DNA of 64,000 nt from Novakomyces olei (taxonomy: Eukaryota). Shown here piece after piece: positions 62,485 through 64,000 of this stretch. The notes under the pieces are model-generated. The model searched no databases and was not told the DNA's origin. It saw only the letters and a list, made by a program, of their open reading frames with translations. The stretch's first letter is position 1, and each line of letters opens with the position of its first letter. The position numbers were made by a program, and so were the translations under genes. The stretch covers positions 496,001-560,000 of the forward strand of contig JADEYG010000001.1 of NCBI GenBank assembly GCA_016906335.1. Direction: 5' to 3'.

Positions 62485-64000
62485 ATGAATCCAACTTCCA
62501 TGTCGCAAGACTCGTCCGAGTACCGCGTACTATGGACACCCGACCGTGTCAAAAAACAAAAGCACTGGAACGATGGTAGGAGCCTTATTAGTTCTGATTT
62601 ATTTTATTTTCTGATTTATTTATATATATTTTTATTTATTTTTGCAGAGGCAGTTGAGCTAATTGCAGGAACTCTGGTGCATAATCCAAACAGTTCGCGA
62701 TATTCACTATACGACGCACATAACCACCGTGTTTGCAGTGTTTTAGCCACGCACGAACAGCCAATCGTTGTCGGAGAGGAAAGGCCGCTGAGCCGTCATT
62801 TGGTTGTTATAGAAGAGTATGTCGGTACGCGTCCCGCTGTCACGCCCGCCGCGCCTTTAACTCCAACGCCGACGCCGGCGCCGACGGCAATGACTCCGCG
62901 TAAACGGCTGTTTACGCCAGAGGTGTCTCCGTTGGCGACTCTGCTCCCGGCAAAGCGGAGAACTTTGCGTGTTGGATTAATGGCGACAAGTCCACGGGCC
63001 AATCTTGTTGGCTCTATTGCCACGGGACCCGTGGATAGAGGCACGAATACGGCCGTGAGAACGAGCTACAGCGATGGGAGCGATACAGGGCAAATATCAG
63101 AAAAGGCTCGAGAGTGTATGTCCACGAATGCCACACAGCAAACAGAGGGGGGAGCTGACAAGCCACATTTATTAAAAACGACAGTATTGGGGACGGGTGA
63201 AAGAGGGTCGATTGGCGGAAAGGCGCAACAGAACGAGTACTTTCAGAAGGCTCTGGTAACTGAGCCTGAAGCGAATGGACCCGGAGCGTCTTTACAGAAC
63301 GTTTCTGAACCCCAATCCCAAACAAATTTGCAAAGAGATTTAGAGCACGATTCTAGACAGCCTTCGGCAAATGCTTCAGATCATTATGAGCAAAGAGCAT
63401 CAACTCTGACTGATCCCTCAGTTTCACTTCTGGCAGGGGTTAAACAAGAAGTTGATTTGGAATTGAGGCCAATTAAATCTGAACCGAGCGACGAGCGGCA
63501 AGTGGTCGGATCGTCTTTGTCGTCTTTGCCACCATTGTGCGGGGGTCCTTCAGATAAATTCTGCTCGGCAAATAGATCTGAAAATTGCTCACGTGGACAA
63601 AAATCTAAATCGTCAGAGACTGCAGTTTTAGCAACTTGCAAAGAACCTATAACGATGACAAAGCAGAGAGACAGTGGACGGCATCAAGGCTTGGAATCTA
63701 TCGACTCTCAAAAGCCACAGACTGTTGCAATATCAGAATCTATTTCAAATCGGCCAAGAACTACATCTACCGTCGGGGTCGATCACGAGATTGATACGAG
63801 TCAACTAAACACTGCAAACTCCTGGCTGACTGCTGAATCGCGCAAGTAAGTGAAATAAATAAAACAGTTTCAACTACCATAAATTTCGAATATAATTATT
63901 TTTTAAATATAGTCAATTTTTGAACATCGATCTAACCGTACAAGAGTCCGATCGAAAACGTTGATGGCGAGCCTTTCGTCTTCCAAGCCTACCGCGCCAG
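62485..64000 (+). CDS. DUF2439 protein (Mte1/Dbl2/ZGRF1 N-terminal-like), 3' end beyond the window
   Basis: YRVLWTPDRVKKQKHWNDG|TLVH..SLYD resembles DUF2439; introns 62576-62668 and about 63845-63943. Confidence 0.75.

Overview
Gene-dense, intron-rich fungal (ascomycete) chromosomal segment with about 26 protein-coding genes, mostly housekeeping: SLP1, THI6, ITC1, MAP1, NDUFAF6, mitochondrial IF3, Rad4/Dpb11, YSA1, Num1/Mcp5, ALG5, PSY2, SPS19, JSN1/PUF, VPS72, MIM2, NOP4, an Ecl1-family gene, a NiCoT nickel transporter, a PPR protein, HBS1, gamma-tubulin, RPL10, GPX, fRMsr and a DUF2439 gene. Exon structures were reconstructed by hand from GT..CTRAY..AG signals. The genetic code is standard. 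The lineage is probably Taphrinomycotina but not Schizosaccharomyces; this is an inference from the MGRE start of gamma-tubulin, a Homol-E box at RPL10, and the presence of ITC1 (S. pombe lacks ISWI remodelers). No mobile element, tRNA, rRNA or CRISPR array could be supported. The most notable signal is the HBS1 locus, where one donor has two in-frame alternative acceptors that would give a short Hbs1 and a long isoform carrying Ski7-like motifs. Other signals: telomere-like CCCTAA repeats apparently serving as an intron branch point and as promoter dyads or a minisatellite, a 375-nt stop-free in-frame intron in ITC1, a perfect 24-bp palindrome at SPS19, an Ecl1 gene whose defining domain the ORF track misses, and two unexplained intergenic islands. 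I cannot demonstrate a wholly novel system from the sequence alone.
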